Source: a virus (taxonomy: Duplodnaviria > Caudoviricetes). Taken from it: DNA of 34,921 nucleotides. The notes under the pieces were generated by a model, which did not search any database, had not been told where the DNA came from, and saw only the letters and a program-made list of their open reading frames with translations. The stretch covers positions 1 through 34,921 of IMG/VR virus record IMGVR_UViG_3300032050_000433; one strand, written 5' to 3'. Shown in pieces: positions 7,901-15,800 of this stretch. Within the stretch, counting starts at the first letter, position 1. Each line of letters begins with the position of its first letter. The position numbers were made by a program, and so were the translations under genes.

Positions 7901-9544
7901 TGTTGGCGGCGTGACGGCTTCTGCGGCAGGAGTAACTACTTCAGGCTCAACAGGCGCAGGCAGCGCAAGAGGCGGAGCTACTGCAGGCGGTGCTGCTTCT
8001 GCTCCTCCAGCAGGTTGTCTAGCATCCTCGACAGGAGGAACCACTCCTGCTGGTTCAGGGGCTCCAAGTCTTGGGGTGGTGGCTCCTGCACTGGGCTCGC
8101 CAGCCACTTGAACGCCCGCTCCACTTGGTTCGGTGATAGCCGTTCCAACATCTGCTGCTCCTTCAGTTTGCGAGGTTGGCTTGGCACCAAACATGGCTTC
8201 AATGCCAGCCAGCGCATCATCAATCTTGACCTGCGTATTGGGGTGAGCCTTAGGCCGGTACGCGGCCAAGACATCGGCCACAAAGGACGCATCCTCAGGA
8301 TTGCTCAGGTTCTTGTTGACCAGGGAATCAAAGATGGAGCCTTTCCCAAAGCCCCACTGTTTAACCACCTCGGGCGTCAGCAAGCCATCACCGATGGCCT
8401 GTTTCATCTGCTCCAGTGCAGCTTGACGCTTAGCGGCTTCTGCCTGCTCTGCTTGCTGCATTGCAACATAAGCACGATCATTCCCGATCTCTTGACTCAG
8501 CCGGTTGGCGAAGTCCATATCGGACTCACCACGGCGTTGACCGGGCAGAAGAGCTTCACTCCGCGCTGCAGCACGCTCACCCACACGACCCACAGCACCA
8601 ATAGGCGCAAGTAGACCAGCTTGGTATGCCACATTGCCATACTCAGCCAAAGCATCCGGGGTGGTCAGGGCAAGACCAGCCTGAGAGCGCTCAAGCATGG
8701 TCTGGATAACTTCGGTCGGGACTTCAGTAGCGATGCTGATCGCAGCACCCTTGCCCAACACAGTGGGCAGGCTCTCACGAGCTAAACGCTCTGCGCCCTC
8801 AACTGACCCGCGTTTCAACAGTTCTTCAACTTGCGGGCCTAGAACCTTGCCAGCAAACGTCCTGCCCAGTGGGATTAGGGATGCGGCAACATCAAGACCT
8901 GCCTGGGGCACAGCAGCCAAGCCTGCTGATGTCCTGCTGATGTCGATGGGCTTGCCTTGAGCTTGCTGCTCTTGGGCTTGACGCTGGATGTTCCCGCCAA
9001 ACTGCTGGAGCAAAGACGGGGTAAGCGCTCCCAAGATGCCACCGCCGATACCTCCAACTACTGTGCCAACTCCAGGCGCGACAGCCGTCCCCAGCTTTGC
9101 GCCAAGCAAAGAGCCAGCCTTGGCAGAACCAAGTGTTGCCAGGACGTTCGGAGCCTGCTCAGCAATAGCCAGAGGCACCTGCCTAGCGACCTCACCAGCG
9201 GCGGGCAGCAGGCCTCGTTTAGCAGCCTCTGAGACCTTCTCTAAGCTGACTTGGTCGGCGTAGGGAGACTGCTTCTGCCTCTCCAGAGCAGCCAGGGCAG
9301 CTTCTTCAGGAGATCCTGTAAACGCACCAACGGCAGTGCGGCTAGAGCCCAGCAGGCTTTCTAGCCCTTTGCCAAACGCAGCCATCACCCCCTCTTTCTT
9401 AGGGGGCTCAATGACAGGTCGAGGTTGCGGAGCGGGCTGACGGGCCAGTGTTTCTTGCTTGGCTACTCGATCAATAACATCCTGAGGGGTGTTATCAGGG
9501 AACTCAAGAAGCGACCCATCAAAAAGCTGGATGCGAATAGCCAT
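1976..9544 (-). CDS. giant polyvalent internal-virion/ejection protein (2522 aa): N-terminal Gly/Ala hydrophobic region, HExxH metallopeptidase, HhH-glycosylase-like, ParB-like and LPD38-like C-terminal domains
   Basis: Long ORF at the end of the ejection-protein cluster; motifs LRHESIHAL...EEAIADAF; GWY...GPKLGAFFSNL...LTMDMWW...QAALWYYEK; VGHEGRHRM.AL...G....PV; RDNYWLLP..VKIPIPFEIGVLFK. Confidence 0.9.
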   Translation of the reverse strand: MAIRIQLFDGSLLEFPDNTPQDVIDRVAKQETLARQPAPQPRPVIEPPKKEGVMAAFGKGLESLLGSSRTAVGAFTGSPEEAALAALERQKQSPYADQVSLEKVSEAAKRGLLPAAGEVARQVPLAIAEQAPNVLATLGSAKAGSLLGAKLGTAVAPGVGTVVGGIGGGILGALTPSLLQQFGGNIQRQAQEQQAQGKPIDISRTSAGLAAVPQAGLDVAASLIPLGRTFAGKVLGPQVEELLKRGSVEGAERLARESLPTVLGKGAAISIATEVPTEVIQTMLERSQAGLALTTPDALAEYGNVAYQAGLLAPIGAVGRVGERAAARSEALLPGQRRGESDMDFANRLSQEIGNDRAYVAMQQAEQAEAAKRQAALEQMKQAIGDGLLTPEVVKQWGFGKGSIFDSLVNKNLSNPEDASFVADVLAAYRPKAHPNTQVKIDDALAGIEAMFGAKPTSQTEGAADVGTAITEPSGAGVQVAGEPSAGATTPRLGAPEPAGVVPPVEDARQPAGGAEAAPPAVAPPLALPAPVEPEVVTPAAEAVTPPTEPVVETPAAEKPVEAPAAQKPAVELPKSLQDMSPANRQLYELDRNIEEAKTPASGIDWEIKDTLAPEERGMTFESATDQLNSYLAGIKDLDGKLRSGNRTGSTPGRLIEMWKNASQTQAFIEQQKQQKPELWANYQARQADVANLKEGDAVITPNGEQAILDKKFPKNWRVKLPNEEMRLYPPTSFRRAEPAAKLSAAQIPKYKIVQTQVEGLDGKIKRAWNVVDAKDDYIQDTFDTRAEAQDWVRGVKERAAKPSLAEEAKPLPITPEIQEKIDQLEKVLKKIMNKYGLKDVALKLIDNMKAEGEYAQSVVRLALDAVNPVQALRHESIHALKELGFFSPQQWAALEKQAKSKWIDQYLKTKNINKEDLEEGQKSRYDAYMELYKGDMDAIIEEAIADAFGDFDVNKAPPGLMQAILTRLRNFFDAVKTAFGGEVTAEQVFRKVEKGALKAEAKAEAAPAKQSLREVPLSTRGLMEVQPIVAMQELGLKTDAVRKPGGIELFNDVRSIALALNQDTIRNKGKIAKTDTSLTSEKELARAMVDEIGYQLKATAGTGTGKGWYSDNYPKAVKKLGKLFPELETDPYARTVFSALVAITSNGEKVSLNVKNAIKLYEDIRMGKDPRNIGSRRKTALDNNIAVVMQLMKQYGPTGMRNELLREITVKDMNAILRSRGEKPDTSYLADTKVPAAALYFGPKLGAFFSNLEGAEGYLTMDMWWTRTVNRMRGQLESKATEASIKKFAAMMDKPNATRDEVVAATIPLRNKYEEFGWHTELEELVGRKEPAEDKDKPAWTARAKRQAGPAYEALLFEHRLEKMANTIYKNEYELLEEAPFTSTDREFMYRTARRTQSLLKAEGINLSLADIQAALWYYEKRLYQHLSGRKADDIGYDEAITQLAGESTRPAGPSVVFAGQPVSGAGATGAGAAVAGVSAQPVQLKPSLREKASWDDKRIERLIDQYGYTDGRTYGIAAYVNPEEFVRATTPSKEFADELKAEAGALDRDQIAKETQTPFLEWDIEKGVIVGHEGRHRMSALSAEGVESAPVVLYVKDRYGSKKPDQYERQDSVSIKGQKFQDGVGRPLTATNLIPLEYRQAKSLREEFAAAAGVKYSLRVNIPASARARVVATIASRQEKGFVERLMEAISPTSYSDFRAQALNRYNQLGVYDKIRAKKMGGAALLADSSAESAALLSDLGAGLTASALGVHDRMGGIPVFRNGITIISNQNGTIKGPTAIFAPLAADPAHYQDYQFWAGVKRGSRYMQNPQGKYEEKLFTPSDVKEAEVIRKAYLKAGIDFEAMQKEWIKYNDGLVQYMVDTGVLSQERADLYRKHADYLPFYRQMDGRETIGPKVFQAISGVKPPKAAKGGEALLDDFLENIVRNTQSAIQAGVKNVAAQRAAKVAMDIGMASRLGFKSSAAGTFDVLENGQVVTYQSKDELFINAIKSLGIPDLPFIGLLSGPANLLRNLVTKDPGFMLANLMRDSMSAWVTSGVKMTPMVNTFTNFGAAIAGKDPAFQALMNAGILGGYEFSQNVEQSGREFGKALRKQAKIKSTGLKGAAEMGAKPFTSLWDALEKGSTASDAATRMEVYKRTLAETNNEAEALFRALEVMNFNRKGSSAVVRILTAAVPFLNARMQGLDVLYRAASGQMNARDAAQIQKQFFVRGAMIASLSAAYWLLTHDDEEYKKQEQETRDNYWLLPSLGVKIPIPFEIGVLFKVIPERILGYTFGSDTGEDFLKSMARQLTSTLAFNPIPQAVMPVVETMTNFSFFTMRPIVGQGLEGLQPAYQVGPGTSRLAEGLGEMTKGMAKELQVSPMKIDQLISGYTGTMGMYLMNLMDAVYDMNTDSPKPARRFEQMPLIRRFAVDPEARGNVTAYYELKNSVDSIVRTSNMLERTMNYEELPGYLMDNMKMLASKDYILDLEKTMKEFREMKILIRSASMDADAKKDAILAIDQMENQLTSNIQYMKKLAKGD
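5086..5244 (-). CDS. putative overprinted 52-aa protein nested (+1 frame) in the giant gene
   Basis: AAGGA (5251-5255) 6 nt before ATG; MTSDTTKPSPNSQGKVLDPQDPLWSSLDNLFLGLEPQERAQQLLELVRSLSS* spans the linker between the glycosylase-like domain and the KPSLR motif. Below the track size cut-off. Confidence 0.5.
   Translation of the reverse strand: MTSDTTKPSPNSQGKVLDPQDPLWSSLDNLFLGLEPQERAQQLLELVRSLSS
7978..8151 (-). CDS. putative overprinted 57-aa protein nested (+1 frame) in the giant gene
   Basis: AAGGAG (8158-8163) 6 nt before ATG; MLERLSPNQVERAFKWLASPVQEPPPQDLEPLNQQEWFLLSRMLDNLLEEQKQHRLQ is helical/amphipathic while the host frame is an A/P/G-rich linker. Confidence 0.65.
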   Translation of the reverse strand: MLERLSPNQVERAFKWLASPVQEPPPQDLEPLNQQEWFLLSRMLDNLLEEQKQHRLQ

Positions 9545-9549
9545 ATGGA

Positions 9550-11115
9550 TTACCTAACAAGGTTGCCCTGAGCATCGTACCGCGTGATGTTACCTCCGCC
9601 AACCTGCGCAGCCAATCTGTTTCGTTCCATCACAGCGGGCTCAACCATTTGCTTATACAAAGAGTTTCTCTCATTGTTATACGTCTCGTATAAGACAGAT
9701 GATCTTGGATCATCTTGTATCTGCTTTGGCGACATCGTTTTGATGTATGTCATTTGCGGATACTTGGCATCAAGTGCCTTCTCCATCTTTTCTACGGCAC
9801 TGTTTACAGTGATGTTTGCAGAGTTAATTAGATTAGCCAGCTTCATCTGATTGTTTTGCTCGGCCTGTTGCTTGAGCTTTGCTCCTTCAATTTTTAACTT
9901 TTCAGTTTCAAACTTGGCTTGCTGCTCACGATCAAGTCCACGCTGCTGGGCACTGCTCTTAGTGTTGAAGAGATTGGCCTCGGTGGCAAACTGACTTGTT
10001 GCCAAATTGGCTGCAATCTGCTGAGCATCCAAGGCGTTCTTGCGTGCCTTGGTCATCAACTCCGCAGCTTCCTTCTCAAGTGCCGCCTTGCGGTCAAACT
10101 GACCCAAAGCCTCTGCCTGTTGAGCCTGCTGCAACTTGATCTGCGCTTGATCAAACTGCAATTGAGCTTGGTTGGCTGCGCTGTCCCGGCTGGCAATTCC
10201 AGTCAAGACGCGGTCATACGCATCACGATCACCGCCCCAGCCACGGAACACACCAGCCCAACGACGGCGCTCATCATCTGAGCGGTCAACCTCACCAAGC
10301 CGTTTACGCTCTGCCTCCGCCCTTTGCAGAGCAGCGATGCCGCGTTCGTTCAGGTCAGGCATCTTGGCTCTGGCTGCCGAACGAGCCTCTTCAATGTCGC
10401 GCAATCGTTTAACGGAATCTTGCGCTTCTGTCATGATCCCTTGACCAGCGGTTGGAATGCCCTCTCCACGGAACTTGGGCTCCACCAACTGCTCTATACC
10501 GGCTGCCGGTTGTGCAGCTTGCGGAGCAGCCTGAGGTCTTGTCTGCGGTTTAGATTGCGGCTTGGACTCAGCAGCAGGCGGCGCTGCAGGTTTGGCTGCA
10601 GGTTGTGCTGCAGGTTGTGCTGCTCTCACAGGCTCTCGATACTGTGCAGCTTGAGGCGCACCCGCGCCTTCAAGAAACTCAAACTGCCGACGGCGCTCTG
10701 CATCTTCGCGCTTGCGCTTGGCTTCTGCTACACGCAACTCATCAAGGGCGACATCCTCTGACACATATGAACCAAATTCGTCACCAGCAAAACCAACAAC
10801 ACCGCCCTCTGCCATGTTTTGCATGTTGGGCGCGGGTAAACCTTCAATCCCAGCAGGCTGTGGCTGCATGGCCTGTTTAACCATCTGCTGCATCTGCTGC
10901 TGCTGCATGTTGCGCATCATGGACGGCATAGCAGCTTGGAAGTCTTCCTGAGCCTCAGGCATGCCTTGAGCGATGCCCTGAGGGGCCATCTTCTGTTTAG
11001 CTGCTTGCGCCACCTGAGCCGCGACGGTCGGCGTGTTGTCAGGCGTCACCATCTGCGCTGTTTGCATCAGCGCGGCCAGGGCCGGATCGATTGAGGATTG
11101 CTGTGCTGCGTACAT
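9550..11115 (-). CDS. putative internal virion/ejection protein (521 aa)
   Basis: Q/A/M-rich N-terminus, GIEGLPAPNMQNMAEGGVVGFA motif, coiled-coil-like body; lies between the other ejection-like genes. Confidence 0.75.
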   Translation of the reverse strand: MYAAQQSSIDPALAALMQTAQMVTPDNTPTVAAQVAQAAKQKMAPQGIAQGMPEAQEDFQAAMPSMMRNMQQQQMQQMVKQAMQPQPAGIEGLPAPNMQNMAEGGVVGFAGDEFGSYVSEDVALDELRVAEAKRKREDAERRRQFEFLEGAGAPQAAQYREPVRAAQPAAQPAAKPAAPPAAESKPQSKPQTRPQAAPQAAQPAAGIEQLVEPKFRGEGIPTAGQGIMTEAQDSVKRLRDIEEARSAARAKMPDLNERGIAALQRAEAERKRLGEVDRSDDERRRWAGVFRGWGGDRDAYDRVLTGIASRDSAANQAQLQFDQAQIKLQQAQQAEALGQFDRKAALEKEAAELMTKARKNALDAQQIAANLATSQFATEANLFNTKSSAQQRGLDREQQAKFETEKLKIEGAKLKQQAEQNNQMKLANLINSANITVNSAVEKMEKALDAKYPQMTYIKTMSPKQIQDDPRSSVLYETYNNERNSLYKQMVEPAVMERNRLAAQVGGGNITRYDAQGNLVR

Positions 11116-11124
11116 ATCTATTCC

Positions 11125-12825
11125 TCAGGAAAGGCCGAGTTCTTTCATCAACTTGCCAATGTTCTCAAACCCGGAACCAAGCTGCCCCATCGTGGATTGA
11201 TTGGCAGTGGTGGAAGCAGTCGCAACCGGCAGACCTTGCAGCATTTCCTTCTGGAATCGCAGCTTTGTAAACGGATCAAGCAACTCAGTCTCGTACTGCT
11301 TCTGGATTGCGGTGATGCCTTCTTGTTCGATGCCGCGTTGCTTCTGACCAGCCTCTTCCATCATGTCTGCAAGAGTTCTGGCCTGTTGCTGCTCAGTGTT
11401 GAACTGACCCATCGCCCGGTCATAAGCGTTGGAATACCCAGTACCAATGGCCTTGTTTTGCTCTTGCAGCAGGTTACGCTGGGTCTCGGCGTCCATGATG
11501 GCCTGACGAGAACCGCCATACGCACCCGCCTGGGCTAGTTTGCCAGCCGTGCCCATCTGCGTGATCTGAGACTGACGGCGAAGCTCTTCCAGTTGAGGCG
11601 TCAGCACAGCGTTTAGGTACGGATTCATGTACTGAGACGCGATGCCAGTAGGCCCTGTAGTTTGACCGGTGACCCCCGTAGAAGTCATGCTGGGCAGTTG
11701 ATACGCACCTTGTGCTGTAAACGACTGCCCCAGTTGTCCGGGGAAGCTCAAGCTCTCTAGGCCGCCAAACACCTTGCTCTGCAGCGGTGAGGTGCCAGCG
11801 ACAAGCGGACCCTGGTAGGCTTGGTAAGGCGTGTTGGTCAACGCAGCAGTCTTGCTGAGCATGTCGCCTACATAGGGACCAGCCCATTCAGAGATGTTCT
11901 GCTCACTAGAAGCACCCAGCGGCGCAGTTGTTCCGCCCGTCTGGAACGCAACAGCACCACCACCGGCATAGCCAGCAATGCCGCCCGGTGTAAATTTCTC
12001 CGGGTTGATCTGTTTACCTTGCTTCTTGTTGCCGGTCCTGGCCTGACGAACGCGGTCCATCATCTTGTACAGAACCTTGGCTCCAGCATCAGAGTTGCCA
12101 TTCCCAAGGTGGGAAACCACATCAGCAGGGATCACGAACTCACCGTGACTGAGCTTGGCAGGTTGGACCCCATCAATATTGCTGGGAATCTTGTCTGCCA
12201 TGCCATCAGTTTGTCCGCGCAAGTAACGAGGAGGCATCGCTTTGCCACCACGGGCATAGCCCATCAGGCCACCTTCTGCCGCGCCAGCCGACTCTGCATA
12301 GTTTGGCTCTTGCGGGACAAGAGTCCCCGGAAGAGTTGCATCAGGAAAGGTCGGTGGCGTAGTAGGTGCGGGAGCAGCAGGTGCCGCAGCAGGCGCAGCA
12401 CCATACGTCGAGTTGAAGAACTGTCGTCCCATCACCGGAGCAGCGCTTTGCGCATACGGTGTAAACACAGGCTGAGCAATGGGCGTGCGGGTGAACTGAC
12501 GATTTAAGTCAACTGATCCCTTCCAGCCCTTGGTCTTGGGCTGGTTAAGACTTGGCATCAAAAGGCCAAGGATGCCAGCGGCAGCGGCGTATTCAGTAGC
12601 CCCCGCATTGCCTGACTTGATCTTTTCAAAGAGCTTCTTGTAAGAGCCAAGAATATCTTTTGCACCGCCAGTCCAGCTTGCAAGATCCTTGTCAATGTCA
12701 TAACTGCCAGCAGGCAAAGGATCTGATGTGGGCAGAAGCGTGGAGTAGTCTAGAGCGGGATCAACATATGGCTCTCCCCCAACACTGACAACGCCGCCAG
12801 GGGTAACAACATAATCGTCTTCCAT
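11125..12825 (-). CDS. putative internal virion/DNA-transfer protein with central HGEFV domain (566 aa)
   Basis: ATG at 12825 preferred over TTG at 12831; central DGMADKIP...LSHGEFVIPADVVSHLGNG; C-terminal PYQAYQG..VAG...YMNPY...GAYGGSRQAI Q/G/A-rich region typical of podophage pilot/ejection proteins. Confidence 0.8.
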   Translation of the reverse strand: MEDDYVVTPGGVVSVGGEPYVDPALDYSTLLPTSDPLPAGSYDIDKDLASWTGGAKDILGSYKKLFEKIKSGNAGATEYAAAAGILGLLMPSLNQPKTKGWKGSVDLNRQFTRTPIAQPVFTPYAQSAAPVMGRQFFNSTYGAAPAAAPAAPAPTTPPTFPDATLPGTLVPQEPNYAESAGAAEGGLMGYARGGKAMPPRYLRGQTDGMADKIPSNIDGVQPAKLSHGEFVIPADVVSHLGNGNSDAGAKVLYKMMDRVRQARTGNKKQGKQINPEKFTPGGIAGYAGGGAVAFQTGGTTAPLGASSEQNISEWAGPYVGDMLSKTAALTNTPYQAYQGPLVAGTSPLQSKVFGGLESLSFPGQLGQSFTAQGAYQLPSMTSTGVTGQTTGPTGIASQYMNPYLNAVLTPQLEELRRQSQITQMGTAGKLAQAGAYGGSRQAIMDAETQRNLLQEQNKAIGTGYSNAYDRAMGQFNTEQQQARTLADMMEEAGQKQRGIEQEGITAIQKQYETELLDPFTKLRFQKEMLQGLPVATASTTANQSTMGQLGSGFENIGKLMKELGLS

Positions 12826-12827
12826 GA

Positions 12828-15800
12828 TCAAGCCTTTCTAGACTTCAGTTTTTCACGAGCGCCTTTGCGCTTTTCTTCGCGCTCTGCTTTGCGCACCATC
12901 GTCATTGCTTCCAGATCCGCTTCTTCTGTCCGCATCAGTTCCTGAATAAACGCTGCAAGCTCTGGAGTCATCTGCGGTGATTGTGCCTGAGGCTTAGGCG
13001 CAGGACTAGGGGCTTTGGGTTTAGACGTAGTCGCTGGCTTAGGCGTAGGAGCAGGTGTCGGCGCAGGAGTTGGAGCCGGAGGTGCTGGTGTCGGCGCAGG
13101 AGGCGGCGGAGTTGGTGCAGGCGTAGGAGCGGGGGTAGGTTCAGGCGTTGGGGGTTCAACGCTCACACGCGGCTTAACTTCAGGAGGTATTTCTGTTTTT
13201 GTATCTGGAGTGGTGTCCGTCACAGTGTCGGGTGTCGTATCCGGCGCTACATCAGGCGTGGTATCAGGAGTGGTATCTGGCGTGGTATCTGGCGTGGTAT
13301 CTGGCGTGGTGTCCGGAGCCACATCAGGCGCGGTATCCGGAGCAGTGTCCGGCGTGGTGTCCGGCGTGGTGTCCGGAGTGGTGTCCGGAGTGGTGTCTGG
13401 AGCAGTATCAGGAGTTACGTCAGGCGTAGTATCAGGAGCCGTGTCTGGCGCAACATCCGGGACTGTGTCGGGAGCCGTGTCTGGTGCGGTATCTGGTGCC
13501 GTATCAGGAGCAGTATCCGGGGCAACATCAGGTGTTGTGTCCGGTTCTGGTTGTGTGTCCGGCTGGACATCAGGCTGTGTGTCGGGCCGCGTATCCGGCT
13601 TGGGTGCGGTATCTGATGTGGCCTCAGTCTTGGGTGTTGTATCTGGAGCGGTTGTTGCCGTTACATCACCAAGCGTAATCACTTCACCTGTGTTTTGATC
13701 TGTTGCAATAGGCGTAGATAAATCAGGCGCAGTTTCAGTTGTGGTTTTTGGCGTCAAGCCCAAGTCACCCATCGTGACTTCTGCCCCAGTATCTGGATCA
13801 GTGCCTAAAACAACATTCTCCGTTGAGCTTGTTGCAGGCGCATTGCCACCAAGGACTTCATTGATGTAGTCATTGATGATCTGGTCGCTGTCAAGCTCAG
13901 TGTCACTTAGTGGCTCTAAAGTTGGGTCAATCTTTGTGGTGGTGCCAGCAGAACTAATAGTTGAGCCGGTTAAATCACCAAGAGTCAACGTATCGCCCGT
14001 ATCTGGATCTGTGGCAACCACAGTGTTGGGGTCAAATGTTGGCTCTGTTTTGACTGCGGGTTTTGTTACATCGCCAGATGAGACGGTTTGCGCTACTCCA
14101 GGCTCCGTGGCGGCTGCACCTGTTGACCCACTCAAAGTGTCAACAACACCTGCGCCCGTGGCAATACTGCCAGAAGACCCAGCGCCAATGATTGCGCCTA
14201 GACCTGTTGCAGCAGCAACTTGACTTGGGCTTACATCTGCGTATCCCTTGCCAATAGACCTTAATGACTCTCCTTGAGTTATATAGTCTGTGGCACCCTC
14301 TTCCACGCCTTCTGGAACTGTTTCTTTTGCCGCAACCTTCAAGCCGGTTGTAATGGCACTCTTGGCGTCATTTACTGCGCCGCCAACAATAATGCGTTTT
14401 TCCAGGGCGGTGCCACCGGGTATAAACGATATTGCACCAGTCACTGCCATTGATTTAACAAAAGCATTGTCTGCTTGCTTTTGCGCAATCGTGTCAGCTT
14501 CTACTTGTGTAATTTGTCCAGACTTTACGCTGTCTTTTAATAGTGCTTGCGTAGCGTCATAAGTCTCGTTTCTTGCGGACCCGCCGTTTTCCAGCATATT
14601 GGACGCCACCGAAGTAGTGACACCCAAGGTATCGGCAATTCTTTTGCTAAATTCAAGAGCTTTAGCACCAACTTGAACTGCCTTGCCTATACCAAGCAAT
14701 GGTATTTCTTGAACAATTTCAGAGCCAATTTGCCAACCTATTGCTAAAGGTTGCTTATAAATACCTGCGCCAACTGCACCTAATGTTTGCAGAACGCCAT
14801 CAGCACTTTGAATACTCTTGTTAAGGCTTGCAAGATCTTTTAAAACAGCATCAGGCGTTATGCTTGTTGCAATATCTTGTATTTTCTTAAACTCTTGCAG
14901 AGTTGTATTGTCTTTACCTACGCCGCCAAAGGCAGACGAAAACGATGTCCCCAATTGGGACACGGCATCTAATACTAGCGCTGTCGGCGTTTGGAAAGCA
15001 GTGCCCTTAGCGGCATTGGCAAGGCTCTGTGCGTTTTGACTTAGCGTTGCATATGTTGCGTCTGCACTTGGCGCGGTTCCCTGCATATCAGTAGCAGCGG
15101 CAGAATAGTCAATGCCGGAATCTGTGTCGGTCAACTTAGGCGTTGAAACAGTTCGCGCAGTTTCTGTTCGCAACGGAATTGCAGAAAGCTGTGCTGCATT
15201 TGCTGCAGTCACCCCTGGTGCGATACCTCTTCCGGCACCTGCATCCTTTGGTGCGGCAGGAGCGTAGTCCGTTGTGTAAGTCTTTGTTGAGCCGGTGATC
15301 GGATCGGTCCATGTAAACGATTTGCCAGCACCAAGCACGCTTCTGGCTGCGCGGAACGCCTCACCGAAGTCAACATACTTGTCGTATGGGCCTTGGACCG
15401 GAGCGGTTGTTTCGGTAGTTGTTTTGGCCGTAGGCGCTGTGTCCCCGCTGACAATCCGAGCCAACTCCTCAGGCGTGATGGTGGACTCTGTAACAGACGG
15501 AGCTTGTCTCAGCACATCCTCGTACAGAGCCTGCTCAACATCTGCCGTTGTGCCGGCAGGGCCAGTTGTCTTGGGAGACATGGCCTCAATCTGCTTGATG
15601 ACTGCGTCATCTGCAGTGCCATAACGGGCCTGAAGGCGGGCGGTTTCGTCGCCTGTGTCTGTCTTGCTGTTGTCTCGTGCCTGCTGGTTGTTGTACGCAT
15701 CCATCGCAGAGCCAAAGCCCTGCATGGCTGACATGATCCTTGTTGGATTACCAGACTCAACCGCTTCTTTCAGCGTCAAGGCTTTGGAAGCAAGGCCAGG

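Noticed and set aside
13198-13650. Possible CRISPR array
   Set aside because: 12-bp degenerate coding tandem repeat without unique spacers.
12981-13698. Long + strand ORFs (211 and 227 aa) and the - strand 63-aa L/R-rich ORF
   Set aside because: Shadows of the PDTx/PTPA repeats; no convincing SD and composition dictated by the real frame.
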